A stretch of 64,000 bases of DNA from an uncultured delta proteobacterium (GCA_963765675.1 CAVXXK010000001.1:832001-896000); one strand, 5' to 3'. Shown: positions 1 through 9,666, numbered from the stretch's first letter. A program made the numbers and translations. The notes: a model not told the origin generated them from the letters alone.

Positions 1-65
1 CAGCCTTGTACACCTGCGGGTGTGCTTCAGGAGCCTCCGTTGTGCCTCGAACGAGGTCGTCACAG

Positions 66-1130
66 ATGGATGCATTGGTCTCCAATGACGAGAACCGCAG
101 GACTGCCGCGATCATCGAAAGTCTAGAAGTAGGAGCAATCCTGCTCGACCGCAATGGAATTGTCGTCCATATAAACGAATTGGCCGCACTCATCCTGGGT
201 ATTGAGCGGGAAGGAGTCATTGATCATCCTTTTGAAAGGCTCGAGGTTGATAGCCATCATTACCTCCGAGTTCGCGCCGCGCTGCAACGGATCAGCGACT
301 ATCCAGCCGGTGAAAAACAGATCGAGGTGAGTCTTCATGTGCGCGGCCGCGAACACAACTATCTGCTGAAACTCGGAGAGTTGCGGCTCCCGGACGGTAC
401 TCTGTTTGGAAACATAATTGCGTTTCACGACCTTACCTATATCCGCGACAAGGATCGCGCACGCTCGAACCTGGTGGCCTCTCTCTCGCATGAGCTCAAA
501 ACTCCTCTGACTTCGCTCTCGCTTGCAGTTGAGCTTCTCCAGCGGACGGCCATCGATCCCAGACAGCGCGAAACCATCGAAACCATTGGCGAAGATTTGG
601 CTCGAATCCGTGATTTGTCCGATAGCTTGCTCAATATTGCGCGTGACGAAAGCGCTTCAATTGCAGTCCTGACTGTAAACTTCGACTTCGCGAAAATGGT
701 GACTTCCGTAGTCAAGAAATTCGCCTTGCAGGCTGCGCAAAGAAGCGTATTCCTTCGCGTACATGCAGGCGCTGAGCTCGAGACCTATGGCGATCCCGCC
801 AAGTTGTCATGGGTTTTGTCTAATCTTATCGCTAACGCACTGCGCTACATTCCTGACGGCGGGACCATTGAAGTGTCCGCTGCGCGAGTGGGGCAATTGT
901 TGCGGCTGTCGGTCTCGGACACCGGCCCAGGCATACCCTTGGAAATTCGCGATGTGATTTTTGAACGTCACACGCCGTGGCTTGCGGATAGCTTCGAGAG
1001 GGGACCCACTGGCCTCGGTCTGGAGATCACCAAGGAGATTGTCGAAGCGCACGGTGGGCGAATATTCCTCGAGGTCTCCGGGGAAGGGAGCACGTTTACG
1101 GTCGATCTTCCACAGTCGTGGCAGAAATAG
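66..1130 (+). CDS. PAS-domain sensor histidine kinase (KinB-like, apparently cytoplasmic)
   Basis: PAS region, H-box SLSHELKTPLTS, N-box NLIANALRY, G1 DTGPGI, G2 GLGL. GAGGT RBS before ATG at 66; the frame is open further upstream, so the start is uncertain. Confidence 0.85.
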   Translation: MDALVSNDENRRTAAIIESLEVGAILLDRNGIVVHINELAALILGIEREGVIDHPFERLEVDSHHYLRVRAALQRISDYPAGEKQIEVSLHVRGREHNYLLKLGELRLPDGTLFGNIIAFHDLTYIRDKDRARSNLVASLSHELKTPLTSLSLAVELLQRTAIDPRQRETIETIGEDLARIRDLSDSLLNIARDESASIAVLTVNFDFAKMVTSVVKKFALQAAQRSVFLRVHAGAELETYGDPAKLSWVLSNLIANALRYIPDGGTIEVSAARVGQLLRLSVSDTGPGIPLEIRDVIFERHTPWLADSFERGPTGLGLEITKEIVEAHGGRIFLEVSGEGSTFTVDLPQSWQK

Positions 1131-2465
1131 ATGGCGAAACTTCTCGTCGTAGACGACGAAAAAAATATTCGACATGCCGTAGGAGAGTTCTTGCAATCCT
1201 GCGATCTCGAGACCTGTACGGCTGACAGTGGCCGTGAAGCTCTCGCCCTCATGGACCGCAGAGGCGCCTTCGACCTCGTCTTGACCGATTGGCGGATGGC
1301 CGAAATGAACGGCCTCGAACTGCTCAAGGCAATCAAGGAGAAATATCCAGACACTATAGTAATTCTGATGACGGCATACGGCACGGTCGGCAACGCCGTT
1401 GCCGCCATGAAGGCGGGGGCACACGACTATCTAACCAAACCCTTTACGCTCGATCAGATCCAACACACTATTGAACGCGCACTCGAGGTCAGAGAATTAC
1501 GCTCGCAGAATCGGGCACTTCGAAACTCAATGGAGGGTCTCCCGCTTCTCACCTCAAGCAGCCCGGTCTTTCGTTCGCTCATCGCAACGGCCCATGCGGC
1601 GGCTTCAAGCGATGCGACCATCTTGTTCACGGGAGAGAGCGGAACCGGAAAGAATGTTCTCGCGAGGCAGATACACGAATGGAGTTCGCGCCGCGAGCAT
1701 CCCTTCGTAATCGTCAACTGTACTACGCTTTCGGAGCATCTCCTGGAGAGTGAACTCTTCGGCCACGTAAAGGGCTCGTTCACCGGAGCGATCAAGGACA
1801 AACCCGGGCGCCTCGAAGCTGCAAATGGCGGTACGGTTTTTCTCGATGAAATCGCGGAATTGGCGCCCTCGCTGCAGATAAAGTTCTTACGTTTCTTACA
1901 GGAACAGCGATTTGAGCGGGTTGGCGGCGAGAAGACGATTGAGGTTGACGCACGCATCATCGCAGCGACCAACCGCAATCTTGAACAGGAGACCAGCTCG
2001 GGCCGTTTTCGCAACGATCTCTACTACCGATTGAACGTTATATCCGTGCGTGTTCCGGCATTGCGGGAGCGTCCGGAGGACATTTTGGTGCTGGCAGACA
2101 AACTGCTGACGGAAGCCGCAGCACGCAATCAGCGCTCCGGGTTACGCTTTTCGGAAGAGGCGCAGAAATCGCTCATCGCCTATGCATGGCCGGGTAATGT
2201 CCGCGAGCTGCGCAACGCGGTTGAACGCGCAGTCGCTTTGAGCCGCGGCACGGTCATACGCAAGGAGGATCTGCCTGACACCATTTTTCATGGCCACGGC
2301 ACAGGTGCCGGAGTACCCCCGGAAAACGCTAGCCTGGAACAAGTGGAGGAACAGCATATCAGGCGCGTGCTCTCGATTGCTCCGACCCTCGAGGACGCCG
2401 CCGCAACGCTAGGCATCGGGGTCGCCACCCTTTGGCGCAAGCGAAAGCGCTTTCAGATTGATTAA
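1131..2465 (+). CDS. sigma54-dependent response regulator (NtrC family, AlgB-like)
   Basis: REC domain, Walker A GESGTGK, ESELFGHVKGSFTGA, FLDEI, WPGNVREL, C-terminal HTH LEDAAATLGIGVATLWRKRK typical of AlgB-like proteins. Confidence 0.92.
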   Translation: MAKLLVVDDEKNIRHAVGEFLQSCDLETCTADSGREALALMDRRGAFDLVLTDWRMAEMNGLELLKAIKEKYPDTIVILMTAYGTVGNAVAAMKAGAHDYLTKPFTLDQIQHTIERALEVRELRSQNRALRNSMEGLPLLTSSSPVFRSLIATAHAAASSDATILFTGESGTGKNVLARQIHEWSSRREHPFVIVNCTTLSEHLLESELFGHVKGSFTGAIKDKPGRLEAANGGTVFLDEIAELAPSLQIKFLRFLQEQRFERVGGEKTIEVDARIIAATNRNLEQETSSGRFRNDLYYRLNVISVRVPALRERPEDILVLADKLLTEAAARNQRSGLRFSEEAQKSLIAYAWPGNVRELRNAVERAVALSRGTVIRKEDLPDTIFHGHGTGAGVPPENASLEQVEEQHIRRVLSIAPTLEDAAATLGIGVATLWRKRKRFQID

Positions 2466-2601
2466 CTGCGCTTGGTCGATCGGCACCTGGACCCATCTGG
2501 TTAATTCCTGAACCTGCAACTTGCAAACTCCGACTTTTCAAAATGAAGTACTCGGACGAATTGTTCTGAAAGATTGGCTTGGTTCTGCCACAGGCAGTTC
2601 G

Positions 2602-2617
2602 CGGCATGCCACGTGCT
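2602..2617 (+). promoter_or_regulatory. putative sigma54 -24/-12 promoter
   Basis: cGGCATgccacgtGCt, i.e. GG-N10-GC, downstream of the sigma54 activator gene and ~50 bp before the ORF at 2668. Confidence 0.45.
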
Positions 2618-2667
2618 GCTAGCAATCTGGATGGCTTCAATGCCATCGCGCAGAGGAGCGCGGGACC

Positions 2668-3069
2668 ATGGGTGTATACCAGCTTGCGGCAGTGATTCTT
2701 GATTCGGTCAAGCAAACGTCGCAATGGATGCAAGGAGCGGCGATAGTCGTCAGTCGATCCGCCCTTGCCACGAACATTCTGGGCGGCTCGTCGGTCAGCG
2801 CGGCGGCACGCGGGCCCTCTGCTCACGATCTTTTTCTGACTGCGGTGGCATTGACGATTGAGATCGCTCTGTTTATTTCTATCCCGATTTATTTGCGCGC
2901 ACGGCGGCGTGACAAGATCCGCTCACGAATACACATTGTTTATGACAGCCGACGCGATCGATTAGTGCGGCCAAAGACAAGTCTCCTCGACTCGCAGGCG
3001 GGATGGCAGCACCATTTTTACTCAATGAAACCGCCAATCTCTCTCCGGCGCAACGCTCCACGTTCTTGA
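2668..3069 (+). CDS. hypothetical small membrane protein
   Basis: GAGGAG RBS upstream; one hydrophobic segment (LFLTAVALTIEIALFISIPIYL) followed by a basic stretch. Confidence 0.4.
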   Translation: MGVYQLAAVILDSVKQTSQWMQGAAIVVSRSALATNILGGSSVSAAARGPSAHDLFLTAVALTIEIALFISIPIYLRARRRDKIRSRIHIVYDSRRDRLVRPKTSLLDSQAGWQHHFYSMKPPISLRRNAPRS

Positions 3070-3142
3070 GATCCGGCAGCCACGAACGCCCGTAGTGAAC
3101 CAGGTGCGGATGGATATTGTCCGCCTTGGTTGAAAGCGGATC

Positions 3143-3337
3143 ATGGTCGGCGACGCTCCGGAGCTCGCGGGGATGAAGCGCTTTTTCTTCCATGACCACT
3201 GGAAACAGCTCCCTTTCTGCCGGAAGACTAGACGTTCGGTAAGACTCAATCGCACGGGGCTCAGGCAGTGGCTGGAAACGGAAGGCGCTTGGATTCAGCG
3301 CTGGGGATTTCGCGCTCTGTCGCGATGGCACCGCTAG
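3143..3337 (+). pseudogene. degenerate excisionase / HTH_17-like DNA-binding protein
   Basis: DAPELAGMKRFFFHDHWKQLPFCRKTRRSVRLNRTGLRQWLE resembles the winged-HTH pattern of mobile-element recombination directionality factors; lies ~140 bp before selC. Confidence 0.45.
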
Positions 3338-3466
3338 GGGCACAAGACCGACATCATGTTCCGCAGGTGCAACAACTCGCCAACGATAAAATCGAGGGCA
3401 GAACGGACACAATTCCGTAGCAGAGCGCCTGAGAGTGCAATGCCCAATCCAAAAAAAGTTTAGTTA

Positions 3467-3479
3467 AATCAAGGACTTG
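3467..3479 (+). promoter_or_regulatory. IHF consensus site at a putative att junction
   Basis: AATCAAGGACTTG matches WATCAANNNNTTR exactly, has an upstream A-tract, and abuts the tRNA 5' end. Confidence 0.55.
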
Positions 3480-3574
3480 GAGGAGGAAGGGGCCCGGTGG
3501 TCCCACCGGTCTTCAAAACCGGCTTGGCGGCTAATATTGTTGCCGGAGGGTTCGACTCCCTCCCCCCTCCGCCA
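3479..3574 (+). tRNA. selC: tRNA-Sec (anticodon UCA)
   Basis: 8-bp acceptor stem, 6-bp D stem GGGGCC/GGTCCC with 4-nt loop, anticodon arm CCGGT-CTTCAAA-ACCGG (TCA at 3513-3515), long variable arm, T arm GAGGG-TTCGACT-CCCTC, GCCA end. Confidence 0.95.
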
Positions 3575-3653
3575 TCGGACGGGTTCCTGCGCTAGGTCCC
3601 ATTTCTTCCGTGACCGAAGACGAATCGCGGACGAAAACAACAGCGCGTGCGGA

Positions 3654-4165
3654 TTACGTGAAGCGGGGGTCGAAGGCTTCGGCAGTGCGGTACTCGAGGT
3701 CTGATTCGCGAGTAACCGGGAAAATCGGCGACGTCGAACAGCGGCTCAGCGCCGTTGAACGCCCAGATAAGGCCCCACTTTTCGGCGGTCGGAAATTTGA
3801 ACAGCTTCGCGGCCTTCGGAATTTTTTCCGATGCGGGAATTTTAGTGCATACCCCGGCGGCATCCGTACTGCCAATGATGAAACGCGCAGCGGATATCGT
3901 CGCCGATTACTTTGCCCAAGCTGAGATCGGCGCCTAGATGGCGGCAATACGCGGACATTACCGAGGCGCGCCCGCTCTCGCCGCGGTAAACGATCGCGCG
4001 GCCTTCCAGAAAATCGCGGCCGAGCACCTGGCCAGCCGCGACTTCGTCGCTCCGTGCGATTGCGTACCAGCTTTGATGGAATCCTCCAGAGGATTTGCGC
4101 GCCCGCGCGCCCGATTCGGCCGGCGGCGTGCGGCGCGACGCGGGACGAGTTGATCCTGAAGCCAT
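3654..4165 (-). pseudogene. Rieske [2Fe-2S] oxygenase alpha subunit fragment (frameshifted, truncated)
   Basis: CRHLGADL...CAFHHWQY Rieske motif; continues in other frames (DAAGVCTKIP...EKWGLIWAFNG) after shifts near 3864 and 3708; the catalytic domain is missing. Confidence 0.75.
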
Positions 4166-4198
4166 CGAAACCTCCTCAGATATTGCTCTGGTGCCGGG

Positions 4199-5039
4199 TT
4201 AGGCGAATGCGGGGAGGCGCACGGCGAAAATCTCGGCGTCGTCGGTGACCTCGAAGCGCTCGCCCGGGCTGAATGAATCCGTTCGCCACGCGCTGTGCGC
4301 ATCGAGAATCTCGCCGCTGGAAGTAGCTATTGAACCATGCAACAGAAACCTCAGTTCACCCGGCGTCGCGCCATCTCCGGTATGCGCCGCGCCGCGCGGC
4401 GCACGAATCATGGAAATCCCGATCCCGCGCTCGCCGAATACGCCGAGCCGTTTCACCTCGAAGCCTCCTGCGGCCGGCTGCCAGGTGAAATTATCAACGT
4501 TCATTATTTACCGGCTCTTCGAAACGCGGCGGCGGGTATTCGACCGGGCGTCCATTCACGTACTCCCAAATGGCCTCGTAGCCGTCGGCTCGCGCCGCAC
4601 GGCCGTCGCTGCTGGTACGCGTGAACACGCCTGCGTCAAACTGGCCGAGGTCGCACATTTTCTCGTAGCCGGAATTGAGCTGCTGATAGCTCATGAAGCC
4701 GTAACCGGACGCGCCGCCGATCTGCAGCACCAGCACGATCGATCCGGTCGTGTCCTTTTGCGGGCCGTAATAGGTTCCTTCGGGAAAATACCCGACCATC
4801 TGCGGCAGTAGATTTTTTCCCGGCGCAAAGTTCATCGAGCCTTCCAGGCACAGGCGAACCTGATCGAAGTTATGGCGATGCCGCGGCGTGTAGTAGTCGC
4901 CGACAGTACGCACGAGGCTCAATTCAAAATTATCCGACTCGCCCGCCGTCCCTTGGAGCAGACGCTTGAAATCGATTGCTCCCGAGCGATGACCAGAAAC
5001 CGGACCGTAGGTGAGCTGTTGGCCGTGCGCAATCAGCAT
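4199..5039 (-). CDS. cupin-fold hypothetical protein, split by a one-base frameshift at ~4508
   Basis: PRHRHNFDQVR cupin motif; removing one base at 4507-4509 joins the two ORFs as ...FEEPVIMNVDNF... Confidence 0.65.
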
Positions 5040-5182
5040 AGCGGCGGATTATCGCGACCGGCCACGACATGTCAAATGGCCAAACATTCATTCGCTCTGC
5101 CGTGGCGCGATCTCGATACGCCGACGCGGATCAGGCTTTTCCGTCGCGATAGCTGCTGGTTGTTAGTGCGCGGAACCGCGCG

Positions 5183-5749
5183 CTACTTAACGCCGACAAT
5201 CTCGGCGGTCGAGCAATGGTAGACCATCGTCGGTGCGCCGAAGCACCAGATGAGATCGCTATCCTTCTGCGTGCGATACAGCGGCAGCTCGCCTTCGGTG
5301 TTGGTGCAGAGGCATCGGCCGCACGGCGTCTTTCCGCAGCAGTCTCGATAGCTGACGATATAGTCCTTGCCGTCGCCCGGATGCTTGCACGTCCCGACCC
5401 ACGAGGTTGGCGAAGGCGACGCGCCTGGCGGGCAATCGTGCGAGCCGCCACCGCAGCACGAGCACAGGTAGCCGTCGATCGCGCAGTATTTCCAGTAGTC
5501 GCAGGCCGAGTCGTCGTTCGGATTACCGTGCTTCGCCATCGCTTCCATTCCGGCAGGTGCCGGAGCGCCGGGCGGCAGGGTGGGAAGAATTTGCGCGCGC
5601 GCCGACGCCGTCACGCGATCGACGGGAAGCAGCGGAATGATCATCCCACCGACCGCCAGCTTGCCCAGGCGCGCAAGAAAACTGCGGCGCGAGGTTCGCT
5701 GCGCAATCGCGCGGGTGAGATGCTCGAAGAGTTGGTCGATTTTATCCAC
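5183..5749 (-). CDS. mauA: TTQ amine dehydrogenase small (light) subunit
   Basis: Tat signal SRRSFL; Cys-rich CDYWKYCAIDGYLCSCCGG; TTQ tryptophans in SWVGTC and IWCFG; YRDCCG. Confidence 0.93.
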   Translation of the reverse strand: MDKIDQLFEHLTRAIAQRTSRRSFLARLGKLAVGGMIIPLLPVDRVTASARAQILPTLPPGAPAPAGMEAMAKHGNPNDDSACDYWKYCAIDGYLCSCCGGGSHDCPPGASPSPTSWVGTCKHPGDGKDYIVSYRDCCGKTPCGRCLCTNTEGELPLYRTQKDSDLIWCFGAPTMVYHCSTAEIVGVK

Positions 5750-5788
5750 TGCGGTCTTCGCCTATCTTCGTATAGATTCGCTCGCGCC

Positions 5789-6925
5789 TCAGGGTCCGTA
5801 AATCAGAAACGGGACGCCAAGGTTGCGATATACGCCAATATACTTGCCGTCGGGAAGACTGTAGGTCTCGAGCTGGCTCTGGATTATCGCGAGCGCCTCG
5901 AGGATCGGCTTGGGTCCCGCGCTTGCGCGAATCGAGTAGGCTTCGGTTTTGAGCGCAATTCGTGCGACGCGGATTTTCTTGGCCGCATCGAAAACCCAGA
6001 CTTCCTTGCCGGTCTGCTTGTGAGTCCATTCGCCGCCCTGATGCATCAGCAGATAGACAGTTCCATCAGTGGTGGCCGAGATTGTCTGCCATCCGCCGGG
6101 CCGCCACTTGGCTTTGTTATCTTCATCGGAAAGCGCGGACCATCCGGGTTCGGCAACCGCTTCGTCGCCGGAGAGATCAACCTTGTAGATCATGCCGTGG
6201 TAGGAATCGAAGTACGCGGTCGTCCCGGTGATCGCGGGTTGATCGAAGACCGGATCTTTCGAAGGATCGAAAAATGGCTTCGATTGTTTACGGCTCTTGA
6301 GCTTGCCTGTGTCGTCGAGATTGACGGTCAGGATCGATCCGTCCGCGCACATCGAGGAAAATTTGCGCGCGCCGGAAACCAGCACTTGCACGCATCCGGG
6401 CGTCTCGATCTCGCCGACGAACTTTTGCGACTTCAAATCGACCACGCTGACCGATGTCGCCGGCGTCATATTTGCGACCAGCATGAAACGTCCGTCGGTG
6501 GTCACGGCAGCGGAGTTGTTCTTTGGAACGATCAGCAGGCGTTTGGGCGGAATTTTAACTTCGCTTTTAAATTCGAGCGTGTGCGCGTCAAAGATCTCGA
6601 CCGCATCGGTGCGCGTGCCGTGCCAGGCGCGGGAATAAAACGTCCCGACCATGTAGAACTCGCTCGCGTCGGGCGCCGCGACAAAGCTCGCCAGGTAGCC
6701 ACCGTTCAGTTGGCCAAGCATCTTCTGAGCGTCGGTATCGAGGATATAGACCTTGCTGACCTGGGGAACCGAACTCGGGCTGTCGAAAATATAGGCCCAG
6801 TGAGGGGCCGGCGCGTCGAGCTTGTACGAGGTCATCTGGTCGGGCGGTAGCTGCGCGCGCGCGGAAGTCGACGCGACGACCAGCGCAAACAGTGCTGCAA
6901 CAACGATTGCGATACGGCTCTGCAT
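5789..6925 (-). CDS. mauB: amine dehydrogenase large (heavy) subunit, beta-propeller
   Basis: Signal peptide; FYSRAWHGTRTDAVEIFD, NMTPATSVSVVD, PGC, WRPGGWQ, WTHK motifs; adjacent to mauA. Confidence 0.9.
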   Translation of the reverse strand: MQSRIAIVVAALFALVVASTSARAQLPPDQMTSYKLDAPAPHWAYIFDSPSSVPQVSKVYILDTDAQKMLGQLNGGYLASFVAAPDASEFYMVGTFYSRAWHGTRTDAVEIFDAHTLEFKSEVKIPPKRLLIVPKNNSAAVTTDGRFMLVANMTPATSVSVVDLKSQKFVGEIETPGCVQVLVSGARKFSSMCADGSILTVNLDDTGKLKSRKQSKPFFDPSKDPVFDQPAITGTTAYFDSYHGMIYKVDLSGDEAVAEPGWSALSDEDNKAKWRPGGWQTISATTDGTVYLLMHQGGEWTHKQTGKEVWVFDAAKKIRVARIALKTEAYSIRASAGPKPILEALAIIQSQLETYSLPDGKYIGVYRNLGVPFLIYGP

Positions 6926-7027
6926 CGGCCCTCGAATCAAGCCTGATTAGTACAGCCCATCCGGTTTCGTCAACCCTGACTATTTTCTTTTTGTCTGATT
7001 CCTCCCCTGTTCTTCCACGGGGGAGGA

Positions 7028-7468
7028 TTAAAGGAGGGGGTGCAGCTTTTTTCGCGCGGGCTTGGCCTTGACCGACGCAGGCACCGTGCGCGGGCGGGCG
7101 GCAGCGAGACGTTTTGGCGCCGACATCAGGTAGCCGTCGTTCAGGATCGCCGCCAACTCGTCCCAGCGGACTTTCACGTCGAGGCGCACGCCAACCCATC
7201 CTTTGGGCCCGACATAGGGCGGCTTGAAAAATCGCTTGGGATCGGAGCCAACCAGGATCTCCTGCACCATCGCAGGTGCTTTGATCCACACGGCGACGTG
7301 TCCGCTGTTGTGATGATTGTTGTCCGTCATCGCGAACATCTTGCCGCCAACTCTGAAGGTGCATTCGCCCCACGCTTCCTTCTCAGTCGCCTCGGGAAGC
7401 GCGAGGCAGATCTCGCGCAAACGCTTTATCGCAGGATTGGAATCGTCGTATTTGCGAGGATGCGCCAT
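7028..7468 (-). CDS. MmcQ/YjbR family protein
   Basis: LALPEATEKEAWGECTFRVGGKMFA and PPYVGPKGWVGV motifs. Confidence 0.85.
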   Translation of the reverse strand: MAHPRKYDDSNPAIKRLREICLALPEATEKEAWGECTFRVGGKMFAMTDNNHHNSGHVAVWIKAPAMVQEILVGSDPKRFFKPPYVGPKGWVGVRLDVKVRWDELAAILNDGYLMSAPKRLAAARPRTVPASVKAKPARKKLHPLL

Positions 7469-7485
7469 CTGTCACGCCTGCGCGA

Positions 7486-7962
7486 TCACGCCTGTTTGCT
7501 CATCGCGGCCATCCGCTTTTTCATCTCGTCGGGCGAGACGTCTTCGATATGGCTCGAGATATCCCATGCATGGCCGGATGGATCCTTCACCTGCGCGTTG
7601 CGGTCGCCATAGAACTGGTTAGCAGGCTCTCTCAGCGAGGTAGCGCCGGCAGCGAGCGCCGCTTTGTAAACCGCGTCACAATCTTCGACATAAATATGAA
7701 TCGCGACCGGAGAGCGGCCCGTGCCGAGCGCGATCGGGCTTAAGAATCCCATATCGGGAAATTCATCGGAAAGCATTATTCCGGCCCCGCCGATCGCGAG
7801 ATCCGCGTGGCCGATCCGGCCGTCGGGCATATCCAGACGCACGGTCTCGGTCGCGCCAAAGACTTTCTTGTAGAAATCGATCATCCGGCGAGCGTCGCGC
7901 ACTATGAGATAGGGCGTGATGCTGCGCGCCGGGTTGGGAATGGAATTTACCTTCGATGCCAT
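7486..7962 (-). CDS. VOC/glyoxalase family protein (PhnB-like)
   Basis: ITPYLIV, IDFYKKVFGA, QFYGDRNAQVKDPSGHAW. Confidence 0.88.
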   Translation of the reverse strand: MASKVNSIPNPARSITPYLIVRDARRMIDFYKKVFGATETVRLDMPDGRIGHADLAIGGAGIMLSDEFPDMGFLSPIALGTGRSPVAIHIYVEDCDAVYKAALAAGATSLREPANQFYGDRNAQVKDPSGHAWDISSHIEDVSPDEMKKRMAAMSKQA

Positions 7963-8135
7963 CGGAGATCTCCTCGGCTTGGACTTGAGCATCACCCGCG
8001 CGATCGCTGCCACTGTCGTTTACATTGCCGCTATTACGTAAACCTTCGTAACGCAAGAAAGTTACGGGGCGCGCCGCAAATCGCAGCGCGCCCGATACGC
8101 AACAGATTCTCTTGCGTTCAACTCATACCGTTGCT

Positions 8136-9149
8136 TCAGCTCGGCTTTGGATGCGGCGTCCCCAGGTACGGGAATACCTTGAGCACATCGGTGTGCGGCT
8201 TGAGGCCGTCGGGAGGGCATTCGCCTTTGGTGAGGAAGGCGAGGCGATGATCGATGACGTCGTCGGTGAAAACGCGGCCATTGGGATACTTCGCGGGCTT
8301 CGACGGATTGAAGCAAAGCATGTCGGGCAGAAGGCGGTCGGCGTCGATCGCGGCAATAGCTTCTTCGCGCGTGTAGTTGCCGGTATGCCCCATCAGGTGG
8401 ACGAACTGATCGGTCCAGCGCTTGCGATCATTAACCGGCTCGCTGGCGTTGTATTCCAGTTTAGTCTCGTCAGTGTTGAAGAAGCTGCTCACGCTCGGGT
8501 GACCGGCCCGATCGACATGAAGGAGATTGCCGTCTTTGCGCACGCTGCATCGCCCCCAGATGCGGATTTCGGGCTTGGCGCCCAGCTCACTGGTCGGCAG
8601 CTCGATCACCGTCGAAAACACATTGGCTTGCGTATTCGAATCCACGCCGGTCCACGGAGACTTGCCGCCCAGGTGAGGTGCGGTAAAGTTTCTGCCGCCC
8701 TTGGTGTCGAACAGGGCTTTGATTCCGTCGAAATCGAAAAAGAAAGCGTCGCTGCGAGCACCAGCGAAGAACGTGTAGGCGCCGGCCTTCACGATGTTGG
8801 GTTTGGCGCCGAAGGAAACCTCGGCGTCGGCGATGATCTTCGTCCCGACCGCTTCGACCGAGCGCGATTCCGCGCCTTTTGCCACAAAGACGTTCACGGT
8901 CTGCTTACCGTTTCGCGGCGGCGAGAAGACATAGCTGATCGCGATGTCCGCCAGACAATCTCCATCGTTGTCGATGTTGAGGCGGTAGATGGCGTCGGGA
9001 TGGAGCGCGTCGGCAGTGGGATTTGCATTGAGGATGATCACGGTCCGCGCTGGGTCCGCGGGCGACTGGAACGCGTAGAGGTCGCAGAGGTCAAGACGTT
9101 GGTCGCCAAGCGGAGGGCCGAGGTTCAAGCCGGTAAAATGATTCGACAT
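8136..9149 (-). CDS. DUF4331 family protein
   Basis: DLCDLYAF, ARSDAFFFD, DRAGHP, YPNGRVFTDDVID, FPYLGTPH; AGGAG RBS. Confidence 0.8.
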   Translation of the reverse strand: MSNHFTGLNLGPPLGDQRLDLCDLYAFQSPADPARTVIILNANPTADALHPDAIYRLNIDNDGDCLADIAISYVFSPPRNGKQTVNVFVAKGAESRSVEAVGTKIIADAEVSFGAKPNIVKAGAYTFFAGARSDAFFFDFDGIKALFDTKGGRNFTAPHLGGKSPWTGVDSNTQANVFSTVIELPTSELGAKPEIRIWGRCSVRKDGNLLHVDRAGHPSVSSFFNTDETKLEYNASEPVNDRKRWTDQFVHLMGHTGNYTREEAIAAIDADRLLPDMLCFNPSKPAKYPNGRVFTDDVIDHRLAFLTKGECPPDGLKPHTDVLKVFPYLGTPHPKPS

Positions 9150-9174
9150 TTGAATCTCCTTTTCCTGTTCGAGA

Positions 9175-9666
9175 CTATTGGTACCGCAAGAGCGGCGGAG
9201 CCAAGAGAGCGATCTTCCACGGATGCGCCGCGTACTGATTATGACGTCGGATTTCGATCTTTCTCAAGGACAATCCCGACCGGTTTGCGCTTCCCGCGAT
9301 GACGAAAAAATAGCGGACGGCCGCGCAATCTGACCGAGTCCGGAGCGCTGCAAGTACGGCGGCTGCACCGGGCATCGCGCGGATGGATTCAGGGTTTGTC
9401 AGTGCGGCGGCTTCGAGAAGCTCGACCAGACGGCGCTTTAACAAATCTGTCTCGGCCGCGGTAATGTCGCGCCCGAATGCTGCCTTACAATGTTGCGAGG
9501 CCATTCCGAGATCCGTGTAGTGCTCCACCTGTTCAAGCCATTGGGAATGCTCGTTTGGCAGGCTCAGAACTTCCCGCGTGGCGCGCCAGAAACCTTCGGC
9601 GCCCACCGCATTGGTGTCGGTCAATGTTCCGTCAACGTCGAACACCACCAGATGCTTGCCGCTCAT
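9175..9666 (-). pseudogene. HAD-family hydrolase, C-terminally truncated
   Basis: Motif I FDVDGTL and cap region present; motifs II-IV not recognisable after ~LRTRSDC; ATG overlaps the upstream stop. Confidence 0.55.

Noticed and set aside
1128-1133. In-frame TAG-ATG junction between kinase and regulator, as possible read-through or pyrrolysine
   Set aside because: Ordinary coupling of a two-component pair; both proteins are complete and no pyl genes are seen.
5216-6850. Long + strand ORF (544 aa), and similar ones at 29879-31606, 38387-40063 and 59073-60707
   Set aside because: Antisense shadows of well-supported genes in high-GC DNA; no motifs.
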